DNA from: Massalongia carnosa
Taxonomy: Eukaryota
Direction of reading: 5' to 3'
DNA length: 64,000 nucleotides
NCBI GenBank assembly: GCA_965645245.1
Contig: OZ287073.1
Location: forward strand, 2,294,001 to 2,358,000
The position numbers and the translations under genes were made by a program. Of this stretch, positions 34,790-47,812 are shown in pieces. Under the pieces are notes generated by a model. It had not been told where the DNA came from, searched no databases, and was given only the letters and a program-made list of their open reading frames with translations. How positions within the stretch are numbered: the first letter of the stretch is position 1; each line of letters opens with the position of its first letter.

Positions 34790-37700
34790 TGTCATGGAAT
34801 TACCTCGCATCCCACGTTTACTGATCGGGTTAGTATTTAACAGGCTCTCTTGCCGTGAAACCTGCCCTGCATGTTGAATAGAACCGTGGCCCGTTATTCC
34901 GAACTATCCTGAAACCTCACCCCATGTGTTCAGTTCTTCCGCTGCCTTCAGTGCACTCCCAAACTCCTATATCCCGAATCCAATCTCAACATCTCCACTA
35001 TCTAAGCCTACGACTGGGATTGCCTAGCAGAGAGAGATTGCTTCGGCATGGAGAAAGACGGAACAGGTCAAAGCGATCATGGTTAGGAAATTAGAACAGG
35101 AACAGAGATGAGGGCAAGTCAAGAATAGGGGAGTTGGAAGCCATGGCTATAAAACCTATGTGGTTTCTCCTGTGTTTGGAGCTCTTCGTTGGACATCTTC
35201 TATACTATCCCTAGACCTAGCTTTCTAATAGTAACTCTTGTATATCTCCCTATCTGGACCTTGTCCGTGACATTACGTCCGACCTATATTCAAGTGTTTC
35301 TTTGTTTTCTCTTTCCTCTATAACGTTTGTTAATCATGTCTTTTCAAGAAGAAACCGCAAATCTGCCTCAGGAACCTGAGGTAGCCCAAAAGGGGCGATA
35401 ACATGTCAGCAATAACCCGGACGAGTTCATCACCGCCTATCGAGACCTGGAACGACAATTAGCTGAGATTCGAAACGCGGTTCCTCCAGCCATTAATCAA
35501 ACGTCTTCCAACCCATTATTGGCAACCCCGTCATCAACCCCTTCTCCTTCCGTTCCGAGCTCTCAGCTGGCCGCCATTATAGAACAGCTAATGAAACGAC
35601 CAGCGTTTCCGCCCAGGTCCGAGAAACTTCCTGACATACCGGAGTATGACGGTGACGAGGACAAACTCGATGCTTGGGAACAGAATCTAATTAAAAAAAT
35701 GCACATTAACCATGACCGATACTTTTCCGATGAGGCCAAGATAGCTTATGCGGAGAGCAGACTCACCATCAGCAAGCGAGCCCATCTGCTCATGACTCCC
35801 TACCGGACAGATGGCTTATGCCGCCTAACCTCTTTTTCGGACTGGAGAGCGAAACTTCGTCTGGCCTGTGGTAACCCCTTCGAGCAAGAGGATGCCCGTA
35901 AATATTTGCGAGACACCCTGAAACAGGGTAACCTAACCTTTGAGGAATATTACAACCTTTTCTCTCAGAAGGAACGATCTAGAATGGAAGACGCCTCCCT
36001 CATCGATGCGATGAAGGCCAACATCAACTATTCCACCCAAACAGCGGCCATCCATTATCGAGTCCCCGGAACCAATTAGGAGCCCGTCACCTTCGACGAA
36101 CATGTTGCAATGTGGGCCCAAACGGATCGAAAAATTCGTCAAATCAGGCATATCTCGCTACGCCAAGCCTCTGGAGCCTCAATTAGCAACTCCTCAACTA
36201 AAAAGGGGGCATCCGTCGCCACCACCACTGCCGTTGTCAGGAGTCATGCCCCCCGCTCCTCCACCATCGTCGTCGCTCCGGCCGTCACCCCTGCTGCGGT
36301 TCCTTCTCTTCCCGCAGGGGATCCGATGGACCTCAGCTCCGCCATGGCCGCTGTGAAAGGCCAAAGCCTGAAAGTCCCTGGAGTCAAGGAAATCTGCGAG
36401 CAATGGAGACTATGCTTCTACTGTAAGCAATCGCACCCTGGGAAGACCGCAATCGACTGTCCCAACAAGAAGGCCCCGTCTACTATTCGGTCTCTTGTCC
36501 TTTACAACGACTCCGACGCCTCTGACGATGCAGCAGGAAAAGCCTGAGCCCCGTATTCAGTCGCATACGAGGGCTTCAAAAGTCTGATTTATTGATTTCT
36601 GCATGTCTCCTTTCTGCATCATTTTCACCCCCCTTAATGTCCAACGCTCGTTTTTCTGCAGCGTCCGCTTTGACCTTGTTTGAAAACGATGAAACTTTCA
36701 AAGATAGCCATATGGTTGTCTCATGTATATTACGTCGTCTGCAAGCAAGGATAAGAGCTTTAATTCTCGTGGACTGTGGTGCATCAGGTTACTCATTCAT
36801 CGATAAAGAATTCGCGCACCTTCATCAATTCTCCCTTCACCCCCTTAAATACCCTCGCCGACTCCTAGGTTTCGATGGTCAGCCTGCTCTGACCGGAAAC
36901 ATCACTCATGTGGCAGAAGTAACCATGGATCTCAATGGACACATAGAGAAACTGTTCCTATATGTGACCGGATTAAGACATTACCCCATCGTCCTAGGAC
37001 ACCCATGGCTGCGTCGACATGGCGCTATCACTAACTTCGCCAATAATACCCTGTCATTATCCTCCCCATTTTGCCTAGCACATTGCTGTCCCGGCCCCGT
37101 AATGGTTCATTCAACCACCGCCGAGGAAGAACAGTTCTTTATGCCTGCCGAAAGTCAGAAGGTATGGGAGACTAAAGATCAAGAAACTATTCTGCAATCT
37201 AGTCAAACAGAACCATCGAAATTTGACTTTCAGGCTGAAGACGGTCCGAGTCGAATCCTAACCGCCATGCAAAAAGGCGTCTCCCCTAGGATCCGATACC
37301 GGTCCGGGAGCTACGTTCGTTTAGCACCTCGCCTACATACCTCAAACCCCCTGCCCAGTAAAATAACCGCGGTTGAATCCGCACCAACCTACCCAGCCCA
37401 GCTTCGAGTCAGTGAGGTGAGCGCCGGCACATTCGACCGCCTCGCAAGACAGAAGGACCACGAGATATTCAGTATCTCCCTCCAAGAAATAGACCGGTTC
37501 TTAGGTATAGAATCGCCTTTAAAAACCCCTAGCCCTAGCTCCAGGTCATCTATTAAGTTAATAGCAACCCAAGTTTTCCCCCCTTTTAACACTAAGGCCT
37601 GTCCAAGTGATAAGGACATGCACCTAGCCATTTGCAGAATGCACAATGAACTCACCCTAGAAACCTCCGTCACTCAAGAAGAACTTGAGCACGTTCGGCA

Positions 37701-40700
37701 GCAAAAGAACGTTGACCCGGCATCTCTGCTTCCAAAGCAATACCACGACTACCTAGATGTCTTTTCCAGAAAGGAGTCCGATAAACTACCGGAACACCGC
37801 TCCCATGATCATGCCATCGTCTTAAAAGAAGGGTTTCAACCACCTAATCAAGCTCTTTACGGGATGAGTCGTGATGAGATCCAGGAACTTCGTCGTTATC
37901 TAGATGAGAATTTCACCAAAGGATTCATTCGATCTAGCCGCTCACATGAAGCCTCCCCGGTTATGTTTGTTAAGAAGCCCGGCGGAGGACTTCGATTCTG
38001 CGTCGACTACCGAGGACTAAACGCTGTCACCATAAAAAATCGTTATCTAATACCTCTAATCACCGAGACCCTAAACCGTTTGTGCAAAGCCAAGATATTT
38101 ACCAAGTTGGATATTATATCAGCATTCAATCGCCTGAGAATCAAAGAGGGAGACGAAGAACTTTCTGCTTTCCGGACTCGTTTCGGTCTCTACGAATATC
38201 TTGTCATGCCTTTCGGTCTGTGCAACGGACCTGCCTCGTTTCAACATTTTATCAATGACACCCTGAGGGAATACCTAGATAGATTCTGCACCGCGTATCT
38301 AGATGACATCCTCATCTATAGTGATGACGAAATCGAACATGACCTACATGTAAAACAAGTCCTTGTCAAACTCAGAGAGGCCGGAATCCAAGCGGACATC
38401 ACCAAGTGCGCCTTCGGAGTCACCGAGGTCCCCTATTTGGGTCTCATCGTCACTACTAAGGGAGTCAAGATGGATCCTGCCAGATCGATACCGTCATCAA
38501 TTGGCCTGCGCCCGTTAACGTTAGGGATGTTCAAAGCTTTCTAGGATTCGCCAATTTCTACAGGCGTTTCGTATTGGGGTTCAGTAAAATAGCCTCGCCG
38601 TTGACGAACCTAACCAAGAAGGGAACGAAATTCTCCTGGACTAGCGATTGTCAGCAAGCCTTCAATACGATGAAAAAAGCATTTACCTCCGATCTTATTC
38701 TCATGCACTTTGATCCAGACAAGAAAATCGTGGTCGAAACGGACGCCTCCGACTTTGTATCGGCGGTTATCCTATCGCAATATGATGAAAAAGATATCTT
38801 GCGTCCCGTCGCATACTTCTCGAAAAAGCATAACCCTGCCGAGTGTAACTATGAAATCTATGACAAAGAACTCATGGCCATAGTTCGAGCTTTCGAGGAA
38901 TGGAGACCTGAACTAGAAGGCTCCGCCCAACCCATCGATGTTATTTCAGACCATAAGAACCTGGAATATTTCACCTCTACCAAGCTTTTGAGTCGGCGCC
39001 AGGCCCGATGGAGTGAGTTTCTATCTCGATTCGACTATAAGATAGTCTACCGACCTGGGAGAGCCGGCGGTAAACCGGATGCCCTAACTCGACGGTCAGG
39101 AGACCTCCCTGAAGAAGGGGATGAAACCGATGAGCGGAACTCATTTCAGCATCAGACGATACTGAAAACGCATAACCTAGACGACGGAGTAGCCGAGAGC
39201 TTCAATTCAACCGTGGTTGGAACCTCCCCAGACCCCATAATGCTCGCTCCTGCTATTCTTGATCAAGAACAAGATCTTGACGAGGATGATGACACAGAGA
39301 CGGATCATGAAGAACCCCAACTAGATTTAGTTACTGATCAGCTAAACCCCGACGATGACCCTATGGACGTGGCCACTCAGGACCTTTGGAACCGAGCCCT
39401 GGATAGAGATAAGTTTTCACCCCGTGTTCTAGAAATGCTTCGAAACGGATCGAGATATCATAGCGGCATACAACTAGCAGAGTGCGAAGACAGAAATGGG
39501 ATTTTGTACTTCAGAAATCGACAATACGTACCCAAATCAGATAGCCTTCGCCTAAGAATCCTACAACTCGCTCACAATAGTGTCGCAGGTGGACACCCAG
39601 GCCGTGCCAAATGCTATGAACTCATCAGTCGCTCTTATTGGTGGCCTAGCATGCACAAAACGGTGCAACGATTCGTCAGAAACTGCCATGTCTGCAAAAG
39701 AGCCAAACCCTCCCGTGAACGTTATCAGGGGTGGCTTAGGCCCTTACCTCCACCTGAGCGTCGCTGGCGCGATGTTGCTATGGATTATGTCGGACCCCTC
39801 TCGGCCAGCACCTTCATGGGAATCACCTATCGGTACATTCTAGTTTTCATAGATCGCCTAACCAAGATGCGCCATCTGGCTCCAGTCACATCCATGGAAG
39901 TCGAAGAAGTCGTAGATGCCTTCTATCAGAATGTATGGAAGCATATGGCCTACCTGATGTTCTCGTATCAGATCGAGGTTCGCAGTTCGTATCGGAACTA
40001 TGGGAATTGCTGTGTAAGCGGCTAAAAATCGACGCACGGTTGTCCACCGGATACCACCCGGAAACCGATGGCCAGACAGAACGAGCCAACGCCTCCATGG
40101 AGCATTACCTTAGAGCCTATGTCAACCATATGCAGGATGATTGGGCCAAGTGGCTACCAGGCGCCGAATTCGCGGCTAATAATACGGACTCCTCCACAAC
40201 TCTTGCTTCGCCATTTCTAGCAAATTCTGGTCAACACCCCCGTATAGGATTTGAGCCCTCCGAGCCTCTCCCGACGGACATTACCGCTCAAAGTCGATAT
40301 AATCTGATCGCAGCTAATAAGTTCGCGGACAGGATGAGAGACTTAGAAACTCATCTTCATGATGAAATGTTAATCGCTCAAGCCATCTATGAATCCACTG
40401 CCAATGCAAACCGCCGACCATGCCCCCGCTATAAAGTGGGTGATATGCTATGGTTAAACACAAAGAATCTTCAAACAGCGAGACCCACCGTCAAGTTAGA
40501 CGATCGAAACATCGGACCCTATGCGGTCAGTCGAGTTTTCTCAAACCCTCTAGTGATACCATTGGAGCTTCCTCCTGGTGTCAAGATCCACCCAGTTTTC
40601 CATTCAAACCTTCTGCAGCATGAAGCAGATGACCCCCTTCCTGGCCAGCATCCTGCCCCTCGTGAACCTGTCGAAGCAGAAGACGGACAGCGAGAATGGT

Positions 40701-41678
40701 ATGTGAACAGCATATTGAATTCCAAATACGACCGACGATTTCAACCTCCACTCCTTCAATATTTCGTTAATTGGGAAGGTCACAATCCCACATGGGAACC
40801 TTTCAATTTCCTAACCAACTGTCAGCAAGCTCTAAACGAATATCATCAGGCTTACCCCACAGCTGCCGGACCACATCACACCCCTTGCAATATACCCCGT
40901 TGCCGCTGCCAGGAATAGTAGCATCGCAGGAGCTCCGCCTTGAAGAGGGACCTACTGTCATGGAATTACCTCGCACCCTCCCATGTTTCCTGATCGGGTT
41001 AGTATTTAACAGGCTCTCTTGCCGTGAAACCTGCCCTGCATGTTGAATAGAACCGTGGCCCGTTATTCCGAACTATCCTGAAACCTCACCCCATGTGTTC
41101 AGACGTTCTTCCGCTGCCTTCAGTGCACTCCCAAACTCCTATATCCCGAATCCAATCTCAACGTCTCCACTATCCAAGCCTACGACTGGGATTGCCCAGC
41201 AGAGAGATTGCTTCAGCATGGAGAAAGGCGGAACAGGTCAAAGTGATCATGGTTAGGAAATTAGAACAGGAACAGAGATGAGGGCAAGTCAAGAATAGGG
41301 GAGTTGGATGCCATGGCTATAAAACCTATGTGGTTTCTCCTGTGTTTGGAGCTCTTCGTCGGACGTCTTGTATTGTCAACCTTTCACATGAATTCAGGAA
41401 GGATGAAAAAGGCTGTATTCTGTATGTGGGAAATGCCCACATCTAGCTACCTATATAGAAGGGAAAAGGGGTCATGGCAGCAACGATATCAACCCCGGCA
41501 AATTGAGGGGTAAAGGTGTGGAAGAAATGGCGTAGCTTAGCGGCATCTGCCGCGACAGGGGGTCGAGGATCGGCGATGAGAATCGACCACATTCAGGTTT
41601 GACATGTATACTATCCCTAGACCTAGCTTTCTAATAGTAACTCTTGTATATCTCCCTATCTGGACCTTGTCCGTGACA
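34790..41678 (+). mobile_element. Ty3/Gypsy chromovirus G2 (relative of G1), decayed
   Basis: LTRs 34790-35272 and 40956-41678, TSD TCCTG. gag from ATG 35336 has stops and a frameshift. pol 36592-40918 is broken into three ORFs by frameshifts near 38480 and 39940. Same motifs as G1. Confidence 0.95.
41374..41604. mobile_element. 231-bp solo LTR inserted in the 3' LTR of G2
   Basis: TGTCAACC...GGTTTGACA with TSD TGTAT (41369-41373, 41605-41609); absent from the G2 5' LTR. Confidence 0.9.
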
Positions 41679-41963
41679 TCCTGGCCTGACCTGACATGCT
41701 CTGGTAGTCACATTATGTTTGGGAGTTCAGCGATGGTTATTCTTTTCTTTCCTTCCTTGAAGTTAAATTCTAGTTCATAGCTACTGAATAATATCAGGGC
41801 AAGCTGCCTGACAGCTTCCAAACCTGCCTTATCACAGCGACTTACATGCTTCGCCGAATCCACCCGTCGACTCAGCAGTTCGACACAAATGTCGCCCGAG
41901 TCGAATAACCCCTTACACGACGACGAGTCGTAGTCGATAGAAATAAATACTATTACGCAGGTA

Positions 41964-42230
41964 TACGTCGCGTAACGGGTTTGGGTCGGGTTCGGGTGTT
42001 TTAATGCATGTTTATAAATTAAACCGTTTACCCTAATCCGATCAGTTGTTTTTGTAAATTGAATATGATAACTAATTTGGCGAAAACAACGATAAAAATA
42101 ATAAAAATTTGCTGAATAATTTCCGAAACTTCGGTAAATTTATAAAACGTCTAAAAAACACCTTTAATATTGACATAAAATTTCGATCGGGTCGGGTTTT
42201 TTCTCTAAACTGACCCACTAGCGGGTTGAG
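41964..42230. mobile_element. Orphan left end of a hAT-like element (family of the 59510 MITE), AT-degraded
   Basis: TACGTCGCGTAACGGG versus MITE TIR TACGCCGCGCAACG (two C>T); repeated CGGGT subterminal motifs. No matching right end found. Confidence 0.55.
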
Positions 42231-42233
42231 TTT

Positions 42234-42484
42234 TGTTATGATCTACCTAGAGACAAGTCATAGGGACGCTAGAAACGAATACAATAAAGATCAAGAAGGA
42301 AAAAGACTATCGACAACCAGAACCTGCTCCTATATATCCTCTACTGCGCTAGTACCCATATGGTATAGTCGTCATGGAATCTTCTAGTAGCTGCAGGAAC
42401 GAAATCGAAAGTGCCTGCATGTTCCATCTACGATTACCCTAGGCGGTGCAGAGTGCCGAGGTCGTGCCGTGTAGAATCGTGACA
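42234..42484 (-). mobile_element. Solo LTR related to the G3 LTR, reverse orientation
   Basis: Revcomp reads TGTCACGATTC...CTTTATTGT...GTCCCTATGAC...TAACA. TSD AGTTT. Confidence 0.88.
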
Positions 42485-42721
42485 AGTTTAATTAATCTAG
42501 AAAAGAGAAGCGATATTCGGTAACTGAGTTGAAATGGACTTATTATCTGAGCCGAGAGACGATTCACCTTGGATCTGGAGCAGGATTAAAAATGATTACT
42601 ATCAGAGGATATGGAATCAAGATCTTGGTAGGCACATATAGCGTAAGCGCTTAATTTCGTCTCAAATATTATTCTGACCGTAGTACTTTTAGGCTTATGG
42701 AATACGATTTGGGAACAGGAA

Positions 42722-44764
42722 TTGACATCGAGTGAACTACCATTAAGGGTCATTGCAAGAAGAAATGTGTCAAGAGAGTCAGAAAATGTTCTCAATATTG
42801 TCAAGGTTGGAGTATGCTATCAGGAACTAGACGCATTCGAGAAAGAAGCTCTTGAAAGTTTTGTCAGTGAGACCAGAGCTTCAGAATACTTAAAGCAAGC
42901 TTTAGGAACCACAACGGATGATCTCGAAGAATCAGATGAAACCCTTTATTTCCCATTGAATGATGCAAAAGACATGAGAGTGCTGGAACTCGATCCAGGA
43001 AACCCGGAAGATCAGGTATCCTGCCGATTGCACGTCTGCTCCGTGGATTTTGAGTATCCACAGAGACCTCGCTCCCGCGATGTACACATAGAATACAGGC
43101 ATCATACAAATCATGCGTTGTCTCGAACTAACCGACATAGAATATGGTATACCGCACTCTCTTATGTATGGGGAGACCCCGCCGTCACCAAACTTATCAC
43201 CTGCAACGGTAAATCATTGAGTATAACCGAAAATCTGAGTCTTGCTTTGCGCCACGTAAGACGTACCGACGTGGCAGTAATGCTTTGGATTGACCAAATT
43301 TGTATCAATCAACAGGATCTCCAAGAGAAATCGCAGCAAGTTATTCTTATGAGTCGAATATATCAACGTGCGTGGAGCACTCTCGTATGGCTTGGTGAGG
43401 CAGCAGAGGATATTAGCAATGTTGTCGAAATGATCAGGACCGTCAATGAAGTATTTCGATACAATCTTGACGAGAGCGCTCCAGACCCTAAGGATTTTGA
43501 AAGAATGTCTATACCAACTCCTGGGTCAGCACCTTGGTCGGGATTGAGCAGTTTTCTCAGTCTACCATGGTTTCAACGAGTTTGGATCATTCAGGAAATC
43601 GTGTGGTCGCTGCATGTTCAGGTCATGTACGGCCAGATATGCATTCCCTGGTCGGACTTAAGTCAATTTGCCATTTGCATGGTCAGGCACGATCTCACGC
43701 AGTATCTGAAGTCGGAGACAGGATGTATCCGGATCAGAATGATCGATCAACTGAAATCCTACAACTATAACCTCGTCCTTCAATCTTCCTTGCTATCTGT
43801 CTTAGTCGAAGGACGCGGAGCACAGGCTACTGATCTAAGAGACAAGGTTTTTGCAGTAATGGGGATGGCATCGACAACGATCAACCCAGATTATACCAAG
43901 GCAGTATCCGATGTTTACACAGAAGCTGCTACGACAATACTATCAGATGATCCGATGTCTTTGTTATGTTGTGTAGACCATGATCAGCCCACAATAGACT
44001 GTCCCTCATGGGTTCCATGCTGGAGTACCCCTCGACAGACAACCTCACTAGGTTATCTCAAGGGGTTCGGTATGTACCAAGCTACGAAACCTTTGCAGAT
44101 AAAACCACAAATTAAAGATCGAGGCAAGTCAATTATCCTGCGTGGGATGATTTTCGATATAATATCAAATATCGGTCCACTAGCAGCTTCGTGCCTAGAA
44201 GATGTTCCTCGTAAAACAAGTCCAACAAGTCAATTCGTGGCAATGAGCGTGCAGCATGCGACAAACGATTGCCAACCCTGTCCATATGATTCTGGGCTTT
44301 TCGACGCATTCTGGCAGACACTTGTTGCTGGGAAAGACGCCTCCGGGTTCCAGCATGCACCTCCAGAGTTCGCTCAAATATTTGCGCTTCTTATTGATTC
44401 AGCAACCGGCTCGACGCCCTCAATGCCAGGTCAGCCACAATTCAAGCGGAGACTTACCCTAGACAACCTGAAAGTCAGAAGTCCGAGCCGAATATATCGC
44501 CAAATGCAAGTCGCCTTTGAAGCGGCGGTCAAAGGTCGACGATTCGGCACGACATTTAAACGGTACATGGGACTACTGCCCCGGGGTGCGGATGTGGGCG
44601 ATCAGATTTGCGTCTTTATAGGAGGTCATATTCCGTTTGTGGTGCGACCGCAAGAAAGAAACGGTTTATATCAGTTGATCGGAGAATGTTATGTGCATGG
44701 TATTATGAATAATCAAGTCACGCAAATGGAGAACTTGAAAACACAATCGATTGAGTTGAAATAA
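42722..44764 (+). CDS. HET-domain (heterokaryon incompatibility, HET-6-like) protein; start uncertain, first in-frame ATG near 42974
   Basis: YTALSYVWG, LWIDQICINQ, MSRIYQRA, WFQRVWIIQE, ATDLRDKVFA, PSWVP, GDQICVFIGG..PFVVR, IGECYVHGIM; uninterrupted 680-codon ORF. Confidence 0.92.
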   Translation: MTSSELPLRVIARRNVSRESENVLNIVKVGVCYQELDAFEKEALESFVSETRASEYLKQALGTTTDDLEESDETLYFPLNDAKDMRVLELDPGNPEDQVSCRLHVCSVDFEYPQRPRSRDVHIEYRHHTNHALSRTNRHRIWYTALSYVWGDPAVTKLITCNGKSLSITENLSLALRHVRRTDVAVMLWIDQICINQQDLQEKSQQVILMSRIYQRAWSTLVWLGEAAEDISNVVEMIRTVNEVFRYNLDESAPDPKDFERMSIPTPGSAPWSGLSSFLSLPWFQRVWIIQEIVWSLHVQVMYGQICIPWSDLSQFAICMVRHDLTQYLKSETGCIRIRMIDQLKSYNYNLVLQSSLLSVLVEGRGAQATDLRDKVFAVMGMASTTINPDYTKAVSDVYTEAATTILSDDPMSLLCCVDHDQPTIDCPSWVPCWSTPRQTTSLGYLKGFGMYQATKPLQIKPQIKDRGKSIILRGMIFDIISNIGPLAASCLEDVPRKTSPTSQFVAMSVQHATNDCQPCPYDSGLFDAFWQTLVAGKDASGFQHAPPEFAQIFALLIDSATGSTPSMPGQPQFKRRLTLDNLKVRSPSRIYRQMQVAFEAAVKGRRFGTTFKRYMGLLPRGADVGDQICVFIGGHIPFVVRPQERNGLYQLIGECYVHGIMNNQVTQMENLKTQSIELK

Positions 44765-44855
44765 ATTTTAAATTATTTAAAATGACACGATTGAAAAAAA
44801 TCTATCTTAAATCAAGTTTTAAAATCATTTAGGAAAAGAATTAAAATATTATGTC

Positions 44856-45097
44856 TGTTATGGTCTACCTAGAACTAGTCTATAGGGACACTAGAAAGGA
44901 AAACAATCAAGATAAAGAAGAAAAGAACAATCGAAAGACAAATCTCGCCTCTATATAGTCCAGCGCCCACTAGTCCTCAACCGACTCAACCGCGGCTTGT
45001 TCCGCTTGTGTCAGCCTAAACTCGAGCTCGAGAGTTAGATCCGAAGAAGCTAGGTCGATAGTCTGGTACTGAAGTAGTGTCGAGTAAAACCGTGTCA
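44856..45097 (-). mobile_element. Degenerate solo LTR related to G3 and 42234
   Basis: TGTTATGGTCTACCTAG...TAGGGAC similar to 42234; ends CGTGTCA. TSD ATGTC/ATATC (one G>A). Confidence 0.7.
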
Positions 45098-46981
45098 ATA
45101 TCAGTTGATAATAATAATTAAACTAATCGTTATATATTGTGATAGGGTGAATAGGGACAAGGGCAGGTGCTGAGGGGAGGGGGGGGGATTGGTGTGGACG
45201 GAGCGGAGGGGAGGTTTTTCCGGGGCTGAGGCGCCCATTTTTCTATAGATAGGGGAAGTTTCACCCTCTAGACAGATAGGCAATCAACATTTTTCTTTCC
45301 TTCAGAGTCAGTATTCGTGTCCGAGTGACAGTGTCAGAGTGGCCGAGTCGTTACCGCCAACGTTCTGTTTGTTGTTTTCACGTGTGTTCCTTGTTTGCTT
45401 TCTGCCGGTCTTCTCTCCTTGAGGGCATCACGTATGTACCACCCACGACTACCCCTCTTCAGCGGCAATAAAGAAAAAAGGGCAGACTGCAGATGAGATA
45501 AATATAGATAGGGATGAGATCGAATTCATCACGGATACAATAGGTGATAATAGTCTACGAGTTGTAGAAAATGATTCTATTCGCGAGCAGATGAACTTCA
45601 TAGCTTTTGATGAGAATAATGAGAAAGATGAGAGTGATGAAGCGGATGAGGATAAGAATTATGAAGGTGATTAGGGTGATGAGGATGAGTAGTTTAACTT
45701 TTATCAAGGGAGCTATCGTCAGACTAGGAGTTACTATTAGAACGCGAAATTGATATATATCTACTTATTAATAATGTTTGCAAATAAGGTTGAAAATAAA
45801 GCAAATGGAGGTTGCAAATCAGGATAAGACGGCGTCGCAAATGAGTTGTAAATAGGTGATAAAACTGGTAAAATTGGAAAAAATATAATGCATTCCCGGT
45901 TGATAAATGAGCAGTTAGGATATAGGGTTGATATCTATCTATGGTATGAATAATAATAGCTAATGGTCGTAGGTTGCGGTTGAGAAGTGTCGCAAAAAGC
46001 TACAAAATAGGTAGTAAACTGAAATTGAAACTACGCAGATCGCTTGCCTACGCAGACCGCTTTCCCCGACAAGAGGTGGTACACCTCTTATGGAGGCAGC
46101 TAAGCGAGGCCGACGATTATTAACTTCTTTATAAATTCGTGTTTCGCAAGAATTATCAAAATTAATTAATCGTAGTCGATGAAAAGTTTTCGAAAAATCT
46201 GATCAATAAATAACATTCTTGACTTCGATTCAATTGATGACGTTTTATTCAATTTATTTAATCAGATATCATAATATAAAGGGCTACGAGACCAGTAAGC
46301 TAATCACGAGCGACACTAATCTAGAAGGGGAAATGCTCAGCGTGAGAGGTGGAAGATAGCTACTACGTGCTAGTCTCCGAGAGTATACGTAATCTAAAGA
46401 ACTAATAGATGTGGAAGTGCTTAGACCAAGAGATCTCGTCCGAGACCCAAACGTAGGTTGTTCATAATAAGTACTAATTGCTAACGAATACTTCAGGATT
46501 CGTTCTGGTATTTATCTTACTCACCCCAAGCCTATAGCCTTGGGGGCCATGGAACCTTAGGAGCCTTGCAACCTACTTCTGACCTTATCGCCTTACATCT
46601 AACCATCCCTCAGGATCCATCCACGAACTCGACGTTCGCTGAATCATCTAGTCAGCCTCGAGCAGCCTTCTAGACCTTCCCTTGCAAGGTAGAATACTTC
46701 TACATCCGGCTAGATCCCTCGCCACATCGCTAGCCCGCCTCTAAACATAAAGTCTAGACGCCGAGGCTATATAGCTTCATTTCGCCGTCACCACTACCAA
46801 CGTAGCGATAGAAGGTTAACTCTGACTAAATCTCTATCTACATTGCGGACCTGCCTCTAGACACAAGATCTAGACTACAAGGTTATATAGGTTCATTTAG
46901 CCGATATCACTACCAGCGTAGCGAGGAAGCTGAAGTTTACACCGGGGAGGCCGAGCTCAAGCTGCGTCCAGCTAGCCGTGC

Positions 46982-47152
46982 TGTAACGGTTCGACCAAGC
47001 GTGGTGCGGACGGCAGGACCTAAAGCGAACATAGCAGGAGTCCCAGTTATAGTAGAATAGAACTTGGTCTGTGGACTAAGTATTGTGCCTTTTGGTCGGG
47101 AAGGACAGGTGGCGCAATGGTAGAAATCTATTCACTATCTCGCTTCGTCACA
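46982..47152. mobile_element. 171-bp solo LTR
   Basis: TGTAACG...CGTCACA with TSD CGTGC; second copy at 58619-58789. Confidence 0.9.
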
Positions 47153-47274
47153 CGTGCCTCCTGCTACAACTCTTGATCCATCAAGTGACCGAGTAGCTCC
47201 GAGTAGGACAGTAGATTCCATATAGAGTTTACGGCTAGTCTCCACAGGAGTTCGCCTTACTCTATGGCAATCTA

Positions 47275-47812
47275 TGTAAGAGTCAGACCTGGCGATTATC
47301 AGACACCAGGCCTAGGGATATGTGACAATGTGAAGACACTAATGATTTGCTATACTAATATACTAAAAGAAGTATGTAGGTAAAGCGGAAGACTAATCGT
47401 TGAAGATTGCATCTCCCTCGAGCAGCCTCCTTATATACCCGGACCGAAGCCCTTGACCCTCTGGGCCCTTGATACTGTAACTATCTTGACCGCCCATTAC
47501 TCCTACCGGATAAGCCGGCTAAACACTCTGCTGACTGCATCGTGGACACTGTGCTGACTGTATCGTAGACACTGTGCTGACTGTATCGTAGACACTGTGC
47601 TGACTGTATCGTGGACACTGTGCTGACTGTATCGTACCATCCGCTCACTAATCGTACGAGCATCCTCGTATATCTCGATCGCTCGTACTATACTCTCGGC
47701 AGTAGATACCAACCGCGTAACGCAGACCAACTGCTTTCCATATGACTAAGCCTAGCCGTAGAACTAAGCCCCGCTTAGTTAGCTTAGCCCTTATTCCTTC
47801 TATGCCCTGACA
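47275..47812. mobile_element. 538-bp solo LTR with five 23-bp internal repeats
   Basis: TGTAAG...CTGACA, TSD ATCTA, unit ACACTGTGCTGACTGTATCGTRG. Confidence 0.9.

Larger units (their letters stand above)
34777..41813. mobile_element. Short solo LTR (family of 19970-20435) split by insertion of G2
   Basis: TGTCAGGGTCCTG at 34777 continues as TCCTGGCCTGACC...CCTGACA at 41679-41813. TSD GCTTC at 34772-34776 and 41814-41818. Confidence 0.88.

Noticed and set aside
42234..45097. HET gene captured between two LTRs as a retro-transduced unit
   Set aside because: Each flanking LTR has its own TSD (AGTTT; ATGTC/ATATC) and they are clearly diverged, so they are independent solo LTRs.
47520..47640. 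23-bp repeats (and the 43-bp repeats at 59944) as a CRISPR array
   Set aside because: Head-to-tail with no unique spacers, inside LTR elements, eukaryotic context, no cas genes.
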